From contig NC_043008.1 in the NCBI RefSeq assembly GCF_006345805.1, positions 8,494,001 through 8,558,000 on the forward strand: a DNA stretch of 64,000 bases. The letters are read 5' to 3'. The position numbers and the translations under genes were made by a program. The notes under the pieces were generated by a model. That model ran no database searches and had not been told where the DNA came from. It was given only the letters and a program-made list of their open reading frames with translations. This DNA is from Octopus sinensis (Eukaryota). Shown in pieces: positions 1 to 10,597 of the stretch (positions within the stretch are counted from its first letter, which is position 1; each line of letters starts with the position of its first letter).

Positions 1-100
1 GTAGGCTCGAAATTTTAAAGACCTTTTCACTTCCCGTGCGTTATACTAATACATCTGTTTGTTATCTACACCACCCGTCTTCACCTTTTGTTATATATAA

Positions 101-194
101 ATAAATAGATAGATAAATAGATATATAGACAGAGAGATAGATAGATATATAGATAGATAGAGAGGTAGATAGATAGATATATAGATAGACATAG

Positions 195-265
<71 letters not shown>

Positions 266-285
266 CAGATAGATGATAGATATGC
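101..285. repeat. (GATA/TAGA)n microsatellite
   Basis: Direct tetranucleotide run; explains ORF 81..287. Confidence 0.95.
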
Positions 286-297
286 ATATATATATTA

Positions 298-477
298 TTT
301 TACTTGCTTTACTCCTTTGACTGCGGCCATGCTAGAGCACTGCCATTAGTCGAACAAATCGACGCCAGGACTTATTCTTTGTAAGCCTAAAACTTATTCC
401 ATAGGTGTTTTTTGCCGAACCGCTAGGTTACGGGGACGTAAACACACCAACATCTGTTGTCACGCACACACACACAG

Positions 478-511
<34 letters not shown>

Positions 512-651
512 GACGAGCTTCTCTCAGTTTCCATATACCAAATCCACACGCAAGGTAGAAGACACTGACCCAAGGTGCCACTCAGTGGGACTGAACCAGG
601 AACCATATGGTTGGGAAGCAAGCTTCTTAGCACACAGCCACTCCTGCACCT
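298..651 (-). mobile_element. SINE family B (tRNA-derived head, CORE-like centre, internal microsatellite), near full length with internal deletion
   Basis: Minus strand reads AGGTGCAGGAGTGGCTGTGTG...GGTTCAGTCCCACT...GGCACCTTGGG.CAGTGTCTTCTAC, then a (TA)n/(TG)n tract and an A-rich tail; homologous to copies at 3.5, 8.3, 45.9 and 58.2 kb. Confidence 0.85.
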
Positions 652-2424
652 AATTATGTAAATATATAACGAAATGCTTATGAGCATATATACTTTTAAA
701 TGAACGTGTGTATATGCGTGTCTAGGTATAGAGAAACATATATTCATAACCATAACTATGTCGCCGTCATCACCAGACATGCAGGCGTAGAGCAGCAGTG
801 TAAATGAATTTTGCAACATTTTTGTTCTTGTCTCCTCCATGCCGACTTATACAGTACCTGGTGTCTTTCTTCTGTTCTAAATATGTGATTTTTTTTTTTC
901 CTTTTTTTATCTGATTTTTTATTTTGTGTTCTAAATATGAGTAACACCTGGTATTTAACAAATTAGCATCATACATACCAGATAATAAAACACTAAAATT
1001 TTACAGGTTTACAATGATGATAATACAAACACAGGTATCAAAGAAGGAATTGTACGAACCCTAGAAATTATTCAAGTCGACGAAAGTACATTTCTCACCT
1101 TAATTGGTCTTTATATTTAACTCAAGCATTTCTACTTTGAAGACACCGTGACGGCCAAAGCGGTTAAAACTACTAAGAAAGATTTAATCCAACAGCGAAA
1201 CAGCTGTCGTAACATTTTCTTTTTATACTTTTCTCTTTCTTCCTGTTTTGTTGTTGTTGTTGTTGTAACAACTTTTCTGTCCCAATAGTAATCGTTATTC
1301 TAAATATTTGACTCTAATCGATTTGATAAAATAATTGAAATCCAGCCGAATCTGGCATAACATGTCGGAAACAACGGAAGCAAACGGCTGAGACCATCAC
1401 TGTACTGTCATATAAGTTCTTGTGTAGCTGATTCGACAAGCATGACTCAGGAATATATGCAGCTTAAGAACATTTTAAAACCAGCATTCGAAATATTTTC
1501 CTCAGTTTTTGTAACGAGATTAAAGAAGAAACGCTCTTCTCATGATAAAAAATTTTCAATGACGTTGCTGGAGAACACATAGAATCATACCGTTTTAATT
1601 AATAGAAAATTAATACCTTTGTATAAGTTGCCGCGTTTGTTACAAAAGAAGACATAGGAAAAAAACTGCTGTGCTCGTGCTAATGAATTTACTAAACGAA
1701 AGGAACCCAGGTGGAAAAACTAACCTTGAAGGAAACAACTGCAAAATTCTCTGTCATATTGGATGTTTAACGTTGGTAACAAAATGTAGGGAAAATAATG
1801 AGTTCGCACAGCACGCATTACATATTATGCGAAAAATAACGAAATTCTTGACTCTGAGAGAAAATAATTACTTTGAAGCCTGAAACTCACGACGTTGAGT
1901 GATAAGTTTTGTCATCGTAGAGAAAATTATCTGGTGTGACAGTATGAACCACAAGTTTGTTTTCCAGTCCGCAGGCATTATATCGAGACGGGGGTGAAAA
2001 ACTGGTAAAAAAACAATATTTTTCTCACGAACATCCTAAATCCTTCTGGTCTACGATCTGGAATGGAAAAGAAGGTTTCAACCGGAATGCATCCTAATTA
2101 AATACAGCTAAGAAAATATACTGTAAGATCAATAACAAACAAACACAGTCGACTCTAAAACTTTCACCATAATTATGTGCGTATTTGGGAAGGCAACTGG
2201 AAGAATTCTATTAGTTATATTTATATATATGTGTGTCGGTGTGCGTCTGTGTGTGTGTACCTATTTATACCTACTTACATAGATACATTCATGCACACAT
2301 ATATACGCACACACGCATATATATATCTGTATGAAATAATTTGTACATAAGATCTTGAAGCACATAATGTAATAATAGAATTATTAATAGCGTGACATTC
2401 ACTGTCGAAAAAGACTTATATATA

Positions 2425-2629
2425 TATCTTTATTGCCCACAAGGGGCTAAACATAGAGGGGACAAACAAGGACAGACAAAGGGATTACCAGTGCGTAGCT
2501 GGTACTTTATTCATCGACCCCGAAAGGATGAAAGACAAAGTCGACCTCGGCGGAATTTGAACTCACAACGTAACGACAGACGAAATACGGCTACGCATTT
2601 CCCCCGGCCTGCTAACGTTTCTGCAGGCT
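2425..2629 (-). mobile_element. SINE family A copy (small internal deletion)
   Basis: Matches the repeated motif CCCACAAGGGGCTAAAC...GACCCCGAAAGGATGAAAG.CAAAGTCGACCTCGGCGGAATTTGAACTC; B-box GAGTTCAAATTCC on the minus strand. Confidence 0.9.
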
Positions 2630-3494
2630 ATCAGTAATATGTGTGGATGCAGGTGTCTGTTTGTGTGTGTATTTGTATCTGTGTGCATGTGAGATTTTGC
2701 ATGTGCGTGCGTGGTGTGTTTGTATGTGTATGAGTGTGCATATGTGTGTGTGCGCGTGCGATTATTAAAGTTCAATGATCTGGGAACTGAAGACATTTTC
2801 GACCGGTTGATGAGTTTGAGTTTTTCTTGTTTACTCAACCATTACATAGACGTCCCTTCTCAATGAAACCCAACTCTGTGATCTTTCTATTTGTATTGAG
2901 TATGTACAATATCCATGTTCAATCCACCAATAGAAATGCGTATTGTTAAATGATTGCCAGATATATGTTCTTTCATGTGGCGGGTATCGAGGGTTAGCTT
3001 GCGCTTCCTTGTCACGCAGTAACTGTGTCCAGCAGCTCTGCTAAGGTCATATCGGATGGAATTTATCAAGTGCTTATGAATAACGTATGCCATTGCATTT
3101 AATTCTGTGCTTGTTTCAATCTGTACAATGCAGGCATGCGGAAACCAGCACCTACAAGGGCTTAGACGTACCAACCAACACTGGTTATCAAGCAGTGGTA
3201 GGAGACAAACAGAAACTCAAAGACACGGAAATATATACATAAATGCATACATATATATATATATACATATACACATATATACGTGTACATCATCTCCAAA
3301 CCTTCCAATAGATATATACATATATACATTCACATGGATAGGGACACAAACACAGACACACACACTCACACACACCACATACACACACAAATACACATAC
3401 ATAAAAACAGACATGCACGCATCCAAAACAACATACACGCACAGACACACACCACACACGCACACACATACATACACATATATACATATATATA

Positions 3495-3721
3495 CGACGG
3501 GCTTCTTTCAGTTTCCGTCTGCCAAATCCACTCACAAGGCTTTGGTCGGCCTGAGGCTATAGTAGAAGACACTTGCCCAAAGTGCCATGCAGTGGGACTG
3601 AACCCGGAACCGTGTGATTGGTAAGCGAGCTACTTACCACACTGACTGCCACACCTACGCCTACGCTTACCACACAGCCACTCCTATGTCTACGCTTACT
3701 TCACAGCCACCCCTGCGCCTA
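3495..3721 (-). mobile_element. SINE family B, 5' half, with triplicated 5' head
   Basis: CGACGGGCTTCTTTCAGTTTCCGTCTGCCAAATCCACTCACAAGGC...GGGACTGAACCCGGAACC; three CTTACCACACAGCCACTCCTA-like units at 3633-3721. Confidence 0.85.
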
Positions 3722-3732
3722 TATATATATAT

Positions 3733-3885
3733 CGAGCTTCTTTCAGTTTTCGTCTAGGAAATTTCCTCGTCAGACTTCAGTCCGCTCGAACTGATAGCAG
3801 TAGGCGTGTGGCCTATGTGCTACACACAGGGACTGATCCCAGAACTATGTAGCTGGGAAACAAATTTCTTGCCATACGGCCACAT
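3733..3885 (-). mobile_element. diverged SINE family B fragment
   Basis: Degenerate match to the family B 5' half (GAGCTTCTTTCAGTTTTCGTCT...GGGACTGATCCCAGAAC). Confidence 0.5.
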
Positions 3886-4407
3886 ATGTTATTTTACTTT
3901 CCATACGTTCGTTTAGTTTTGAAGAGTTTATGCCCTTCTTTCCAAACTGTATTGACGCATTCCATAGATATTTTCATTTTGATTTCATTTGAAGTAGATT
4001 ATTTTCTCTAACTTACCACATCAACAGTACGATTCTTCAGACCCGATGTAAACCCTTTGTCTTTATTTAAAGCCAGTTTCTGAGTTAGTGCTTTCCTATC
4101 TCTATAAAATACTTCAATCGTTTATAGCTACAATGTAGTCTGTCTCCATAGCAAGAGAAACCCTAGACATGCATCTGATGATAATTCCAACATTTCAGCA
4201 CCACTGAAATATCTGCAGCCAATGTCAAGTGTTTCGCCAACACTTTTGCTAAAATCTCTTCAGATATTTCGAATATAATGTTAGAATACTTTGAATACAG
4301 ATGCTATTAAATAAAATAAAATTTAAACGTTATATTGCAATACCAGATTGAAAAGGCTTCATGGCACAGGCATTGCATGATATGGGTATGAATAACCTTT
4401 TACTATA

Positions 4408-4822
4408 TATTTCTTTACTACCCACAAGGGGCTAAACATAAACGAGACAAACAAGGACAGACAAAGGGATTAAGTCGATTATATCGACCCGAGTGCCTAA
4501 CTGGTACTTAATTTATCGACCTCGAAAGGATGAAAGGCGAAGTCGACCTCGGCGGAATTTGAACTCAGAACGTAGCGACAGACGAAATACCTATTTCTTT
4601 ACTACCCACAAGCGGCTAAACATAGAGGGGACAAACAAGAACAGACATACGGATTAAGTCGATTACATCGACCCCAGCGGGTAGCTGGTAATTAATTTAT
4701 CGCCCCCGAAAGGATGAAAGGCAAAGTCGACCTCGGCGGAATTTGAACTCAGAACGTAACGACAAACCAAATACCGCTAAGCATTTCGCCCGTCGCGCTA
4801 ACGTTTCTGCCAGCTGGCCGCC
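4408..4822 (-). mobile_element. SINE family A head-to-tail dimer
   Basis: Two units joined at GACGAAATAC|CTATTTCTTT (4590/4591); flanked by TSD-like AATAACCTTTTACTATA (4391-4407) and AATGACCTTTTGCTATA (4825-4841). Confidence 0.9.
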
Positions 4823-7626
4823 TTAATGACCTTTTGCTATAGCAACGTTGTGACTAATACGCTCTGATTAAAGTTGGACAAAGAAACTATGCAGAGCCTT
4901 CTATATATACCTAAATATATAGGTCTCTACTACGACTTCTGAAGCGACCTCACACCTAAGCGTAAGCGTACATTTGTCCGTTCGCCTGTGTTAGTATTTG
5001 TATTTGTTTGTGTGTGTAATATATGTCAGTTTTTCTGTGCTTGCTTGTGTATATGCGTACACATGTTTGTGGGTATATTTGTATTCTGCCGTATGTTAAC
5101 CGGTGCAGGTTTTGCCTTTGTTCCTTTGCATACTGGTTCGGTAAAAGGACCCTGAAAGTTAAAAGTAACATATATAACTATTAGAGTCTATTTGAGAAAC
5201 AAAATACACAACGTGTCTACTCCTAATATGGCGGTGTAAAAAACAAAAAAAAAAAACAGAAACAAGAACAAAATATTCGTAAATTCTTTTCAGTAAACAT
5301 TAAAACTTTACAATATTTTGGACATAATGTCCACGATTCACATCCAAACAAGAAAACAGGTGCTATGCATTTCAAATTCTTTTACTATTATTTTTAATTT
5401 TTAGAAATAGATATTTGAGTATGCATTTTCATTTTGTGTAATTCTGGAGCCCGAAAGGGGATTTGTATTCATGATTTCCGAATTGTATTTGCAATTTAAG
5501 CACCAGCATTAGCATTCCTATTTAATATGCTGCCAAGATATTGCACAGAACCTAACTGTTTCAAAGTTTTACTGTACAGCGCTATTTTAGAATCTACACA
5601 ATTCTTCCCACATAAAGTTGATAAGAACAATAGTGTTTCTCAACATCTGCTGGAGTTCTAATGCATGATATACAGAAATAAATAATTTAGGCGTATATGT
5701 GGACGTGAGCGAGCGCGTGCGTGGCTATGTATCAGCATGAGTGAGCAAGTGTTTCAGCGTGCGTATTTAATTAAATGAATCATTGGAAAATTTTCACATA
5801 AAACGAAAGTCTTGTGTTTCTTATTAAGTTTTGATACTCAACGTTTACAGAATGTTGCTGAACTACAAATCACGACAAAAGTTGGAACAATACAAAGGCA
5901 GCATAAAGGAAGTTACGCATTTCGAATTTTCATTCAGATTGGTGAATGTTTCCGGGTATGCAAATGTGCATGCATATACTACGTATGTATTCATGTACGT
6001 ATGTATATACCTATATCTCTACTACCCGCAAGGGGCTAAACACAGAGAGGACAAACAAGGACAGACAAACGGATCAAACCGATTATATCGACTCCAGTAC
6101 GTAACTGGTACTTATTTAATCGACCCCGAAAGGATGAAAGGCAAAATCGACCTCTGCGGAATTTGAACTCGGAACGTAGTGGCAGACGAAATACCGCTAA
6201 GCATTTCGCCCGTCGCGCTAACGTTCTGCCAGCTGGCCGCCTTAATGACCTTTTGCTATAGCAACGTTGTGACTAATACGCTCTGATTAAGTTGGACAAA
6301 GAAACTATGCAGAGCCTTCTATATATACCTAAATATATAGGTCTCTACTACGACTTCTGAAGCGACCTCACACCTAAGCGTAAGCGTACATTTGTCCGTT
6401 CACCTGTGTTAGTATTTGTATTTGTTGTGTGTGTAATATATGTCAGTTTTTCTGTGCTTGCTTGTGTATATGCGTACACATGTTTGTGGGTATATTTGTA
6501 TTCTGCCGTATGTTAACCGGTGCAGGTTTTGCCTTTGTTCCTTTGCATACTGGTTCGGTAAAAGGACCCTGAAAGTTAAAAGTAACAGATATAACTATTA
6601 GAGTCTATTTGAGAAACAAAATACACCACGTGTCTACTCCTAATATGGCGGTGTAAAAAACAAAAAAAAAACAGAAACAAGAACAAAATATTCGTAAATT
6701 ATTTTCAGTAAAAATTAAAACTTTACAATATTTTGGACATAATGTCCACGATTCACATCTAAACAAGAAAACAGGTGCTATGCATTTCAAATTCTTTTAC
6801 TATTATTTTTAATTTTTAGAAATAGATATTTGAGTATGCATTTTCATTTTGTGTAATTCTGGAGCCCGAAAGGGGATTTGTATTCATGATTTCCGAATTG
6901 TATTTGCAATTTAAGCACCAGCATTAGCATTCCTATTTAATATGCTGCCAATATATTGCACAGAACCTAACTGTTTCAAAGTTTTACTGTACAGCGCTAT
7001 TTTAGAATCTACACAATTCTTCCCACATAAAGTTGATAAGAACAATAGTGTTTCTCAACATCTGCTGGAGTTCTAATGCATGATATACAGAAATAAATAA
7101 TTTAGGCGTATATGTGGACGTGAGTGAGCGCGTGCGTGGCTATGTATCAGCATGAGTGAGCAAGTGTTTCAGCGTGCGTATTTAATTAAATGAATCATTG
7201 GAAAATTTTCACATCAAACGAAAGTCTTGTGTTTCTTATTAAGTTTTGATACTCAACGTTTACAGAATGTTGCTGAACTACAAATCACGACAAAAGTTGG
7301 AACAATACAAAGGTAGCATAAAGGAAGTTACGCATTTCGAATTTTCATTCAGATTGGTGAATGTTTCCGGGTATGCAAATGTGCATGCATATACTACGTA
7401 TGTATTCATGTACGTATGTATATACCTATATCTCTACTACCCGCAAGGGGCTAAACACAGAGAGGACAAACAAGGACAGACAAACGGATCAAACCGATTA
7501 TATCGACTCCAGTACGTAACTGGTACTTATTTAATCGACCCCGAAAGGATGAAAGGCAAAATCGACCTCTGCGGAATTTGAACTCGGAACGTAGTGGCAG
7601 ACGAAATACCGCTAAGCATTTCGCCC
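4769..7626 (+). repeat. tandem duplication of a ~1.42-kb unit (about 99% identical by eye)
   Basis: 4769-6188 is repeated at 6189-7603; the ORF track gives identical ORFs at 5831 and 7246 (offset 1415); breakpoints lie inside SINE A copies. Confidence 0.95.
6012..6241 (-). mobile_element. SINE family A, chimeric copy at the duplication junction
   Basis: Left part is identical to copy 7427-7657 and right part to copy 4408-4822; its two flanks come from two different TSDs. Confidence 0.9.
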
Positions 7627-7657
7627 CGCGCGATAACGTCTTTGCCAGCTCACCGCC
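7427..7657 (-). mobile_element. SINE family A, full length
   Basis: Family A sequence flanked by 20-bp TSD CATGTACGTATGTATATACC (7407-7426 and 7661-7680). Confidence 0.92.
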
Positions 7658-7892
7658 TTCCATGTACGTATGTATATACCGAGTCGTATTTAGTGCAACT
7701 GGTAACATGTAAGTCAGAGCAACTTTGGCGACTAAACATGAACGTTACAAAGCTAGCGTGCAGAGAAGAGTCATCTCTATTTGACGCACTGCAAAATGAA
7801 AAGCAAAACATGTCGGAGGACACTTGAGCTCTGTTGGGTCAGCGGTCGTCTAGCAGTTAAGAAGGATAGATACATTCTCATTGTATAGATAC

Positions 7893-7985
7893 ATAGGGGG
7901 TCAAAAATTTCCACGACTAGTTGTGTAGTACACCAGCAGATGGCAGCACACGGTACGTGCATAGTGAGAGCTAGTTAAAAATGAA
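7893..7985 (+). mobile_element. possible mariner-type terminal fragment
   Basis: TA followed by GGGGGTCAAAAATTTCC and an internal CAGATGGCAGCAC, resembling mariner termini from memory; no second end found. Confidence 0.3.
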
Positions 7986-8311
7986 AGTGCAGTATAAAAT
8001 ACTGTTTCTATATTCATTTACCATATGAGTTTATGTTCTTCTAGAATCGCTCTTGCCTTCTGTTTTCTTGTTTTCTTTTCTTTTCATGGTGGTTTAAATA
8101 ATAAAGATGATTTCCTATTTAGAAGGCATCCTTCCTATTTACAACGTATGCGCAAGTACGTACTCCTTTACGTATTCATCAAAATTAGCGTGTGACGAAG
8201 GAAGTAACACATTTCATCATTTGAGGATGGTGTTCGATACTTGTATTAGAGCTAAATCTACGCAACACAGCAGAATTGTCTGTCTATCTATCTATCTTAC
8301 TCTACTCTCTC

Positions 8312-8518
8312 TCTTTTACTCTTTTACTTGTTTCACTCATTTGACTGTGGTCATGCTGGAGCACCGACTTTAGTCGAACGAATCGACCCCAGGACTTATT
8401 TTTTGTAATCCTAGTACTTAATCTGTCGGTCTCTTTTGCCGAACCGCTAAGTTACAGGGACGGAAACACACCAGCATCAGTTGTCAAGCGATGTTGGGGG
8501 GACAAAGACAGACACACG

Positions 8519-8603
<85 letters not shown>

Positions 8604-8675
8604 CATAGATACGAATGAACCCGAAACCATGTGGTTCGTAAGCAAGCTACTTACCACACATCCACTCCTACGCCT
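8312..8675 (-). mobile_element. SINE family B with internal deletion and (TA)n tract
   Basis: Tail CTTTTACTTGTTTC..TCATTTGACTG.GG.CATGCTGGAGCACCG and head AAGCTACTTACCACACATCCACTCCTACGCC. Confidence 0.85.
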
Positions 8676-9444
8676 ATTTAACTTATAACACTTTAGTAAA
8701 TTTAGAACGAATGACTAGTAGATTTCCTAGGAAAAACTGTATTCTTCATCTGTTTGGTGCTATAAGATAGAAGCCGAACTGTTAAACATATCCGGTGGTT
8801 TGGGAGATATTCACTGTATTATATTCTGAGTTAGATTGAATTAGCAGTAAACTTATTCTTTCAGCTGGAGAAAAATAATTATAAATATGATTGCTATCGA
8901 AATGTGCAGTCAGTATATTTCAACGATTCCATCACTTATATCAATATCTTGTTCATTCGTTTGATTTGACGTGTGTAAGAAATTAAAACAATATATTCAT
9001 TTGTAACAGTTGAAACTAATAACCTTTATTAAATCATCAATGTTCTCTCGCCGGAATGAATTTTGAAATGGATCTTTCATTTCCTTTAATCGTATCTCAT
9101 GACAGAAATGACGTCTAGATCTGATAGCACTCTCACACACACACTCACTTATACATATGCACACAGACACATTCACTTATACACATGCACATATGCGGAA
9201 GCAAGCAAGCGTACACACATGTACAGGGAAAGAAAGAGAGATTATATACACACTCAGATATGTCGGTGTGTCTGTGTGTCTGTGCCACTGGTTAATACAT
9301 TTTTATTCAGTGCCTCCCTGACTGAATAGGGGTGATATTTTTAAAAAGTCTCCTATTTTTACCCCTTAGAACCGTGATACAATTAAGGTGTGTTTATTAT
9401 AGGTAGAGTCCTTATTGTGGAAAACGTATCCGCTATTGTATCTA

Positions 9445-9533
9445 TTTGGGCTGTCCGGAAAGTTCGTGCCGATTTTTAAAGGAAAGAAAAAGGTCAATAA
9501 ATACTTTCCATTACATTTTTAATCAACCAAATA
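9445..9533. mobile_element. mariner-family transposon terminal fragment
   Basis: TA|TTTGGGCTGTCCGGAAAGTTCGTGCCGATTT resembles a mariner TIR inserted at TA; truncated after ~90 bp; family recalled, not searched. Confidence 0.5.
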
Positions 9534-9998
9534 GGGGAGATATTCTGCATAAGAAAACCTGCAGCCTGTGAAGATTTACAAACTATTATTTCCAGGAATA
9601 AAATTATTTACGCTCGCATTCATTCGTGTTGCTGTTATATTATATATATTGCAAACATTTGAATTTTAGAATGAAGCGACTAATAACAACATTTTAGACA
9701 TGACTTTTCCTTAACTGTAATATTCGACAACTGTAAAAGCCTTCTGTGAAAAGGAAATAAGATGCAAGCATGTGGTGCACGACACAATTGCTTTGACTGA
9801 GAGGAAAAGTATCAAATATAAATTGTAATTGGAATAGAGTTAAAATTTGGTCGGCGTTGATGTGAAGTTAACGATGAGATGTTTATGCTGCCATCGTTGT
9901 TCAGTTTTAAGTCAAATTGCTTTAGCAGATCTATGACCAACCACATTATAACTATGAATAACGCATCGACTGTATTTAGTACACCGGAGTGACTAATA

Positions 9999-10597
9999 TA
10001 TTTCTTTACTACCCACAAGGGACTAAACACAGAGGAGACAAACCAGGACAGACAAACGAATTTAGTCGATTATATCGACCCCAGTACGCAATTGGTACTT
10101 AATTTATCGACCCCGAAAGGATGAAAGTTAAAGTCGACCTCGGCGGAATTTGAACTCAGAACGTCACGGCAGACGAAATACCTATTTCTTTACTATCCAC
10201 AAGGGGCTAAACACAGAGAGGACAAACAAGGACAGACAAACGGATTAAGTCGATTATATCGACCCCAGTACGCAATTGGTACTTAATTTATCGACCCCGA
10301 AAGGATGAAAGTTAAAGTCGACCTCGGCGGAATTTGAACTCAGAACGTCACGGCAGAGGAAATACCTATTTCTTTACTATCCACAAGGGGCTAAACACAG
10401 AGAGGACAAACAAGGACAGACAAACGGATTAAGTCGATTATATCGACCCCAGTGCGTAACAGGCACTTATTTAATCGACCCCGAAAGGATGAAAAGTAAA
10501 GTCGACCTCGGTGGAATTTGAACTCAGAACGTAGCGGCAGACGAAATACTGCTAAGCATTTCGCCAAGCGTGCTAACGTTTCTGCCAGCTCACCGCC
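9999..10597 (-). mobile_element. SINE family A head-to-tail trimer
   Basis: Three units with junctions GAAATAC|CTATTTC at 10181/10182 and 10365/10366 (184-bp period); one TSD pair, ACCGGAGTGACTAATA / ACCGGATTAACTAATA, around the whole trimer. Confidence 0.92.

Noticed and set aside
5831-7581. Identical 111-aa ORFs and recurring peptides such as [31 protein letters not shown] and LRSEFKFRRGRLCLSSFRG
   Set aside because: They come from SINE A sequence and the 1.4-kb duplication, not from a protein family or repeat-protein system.
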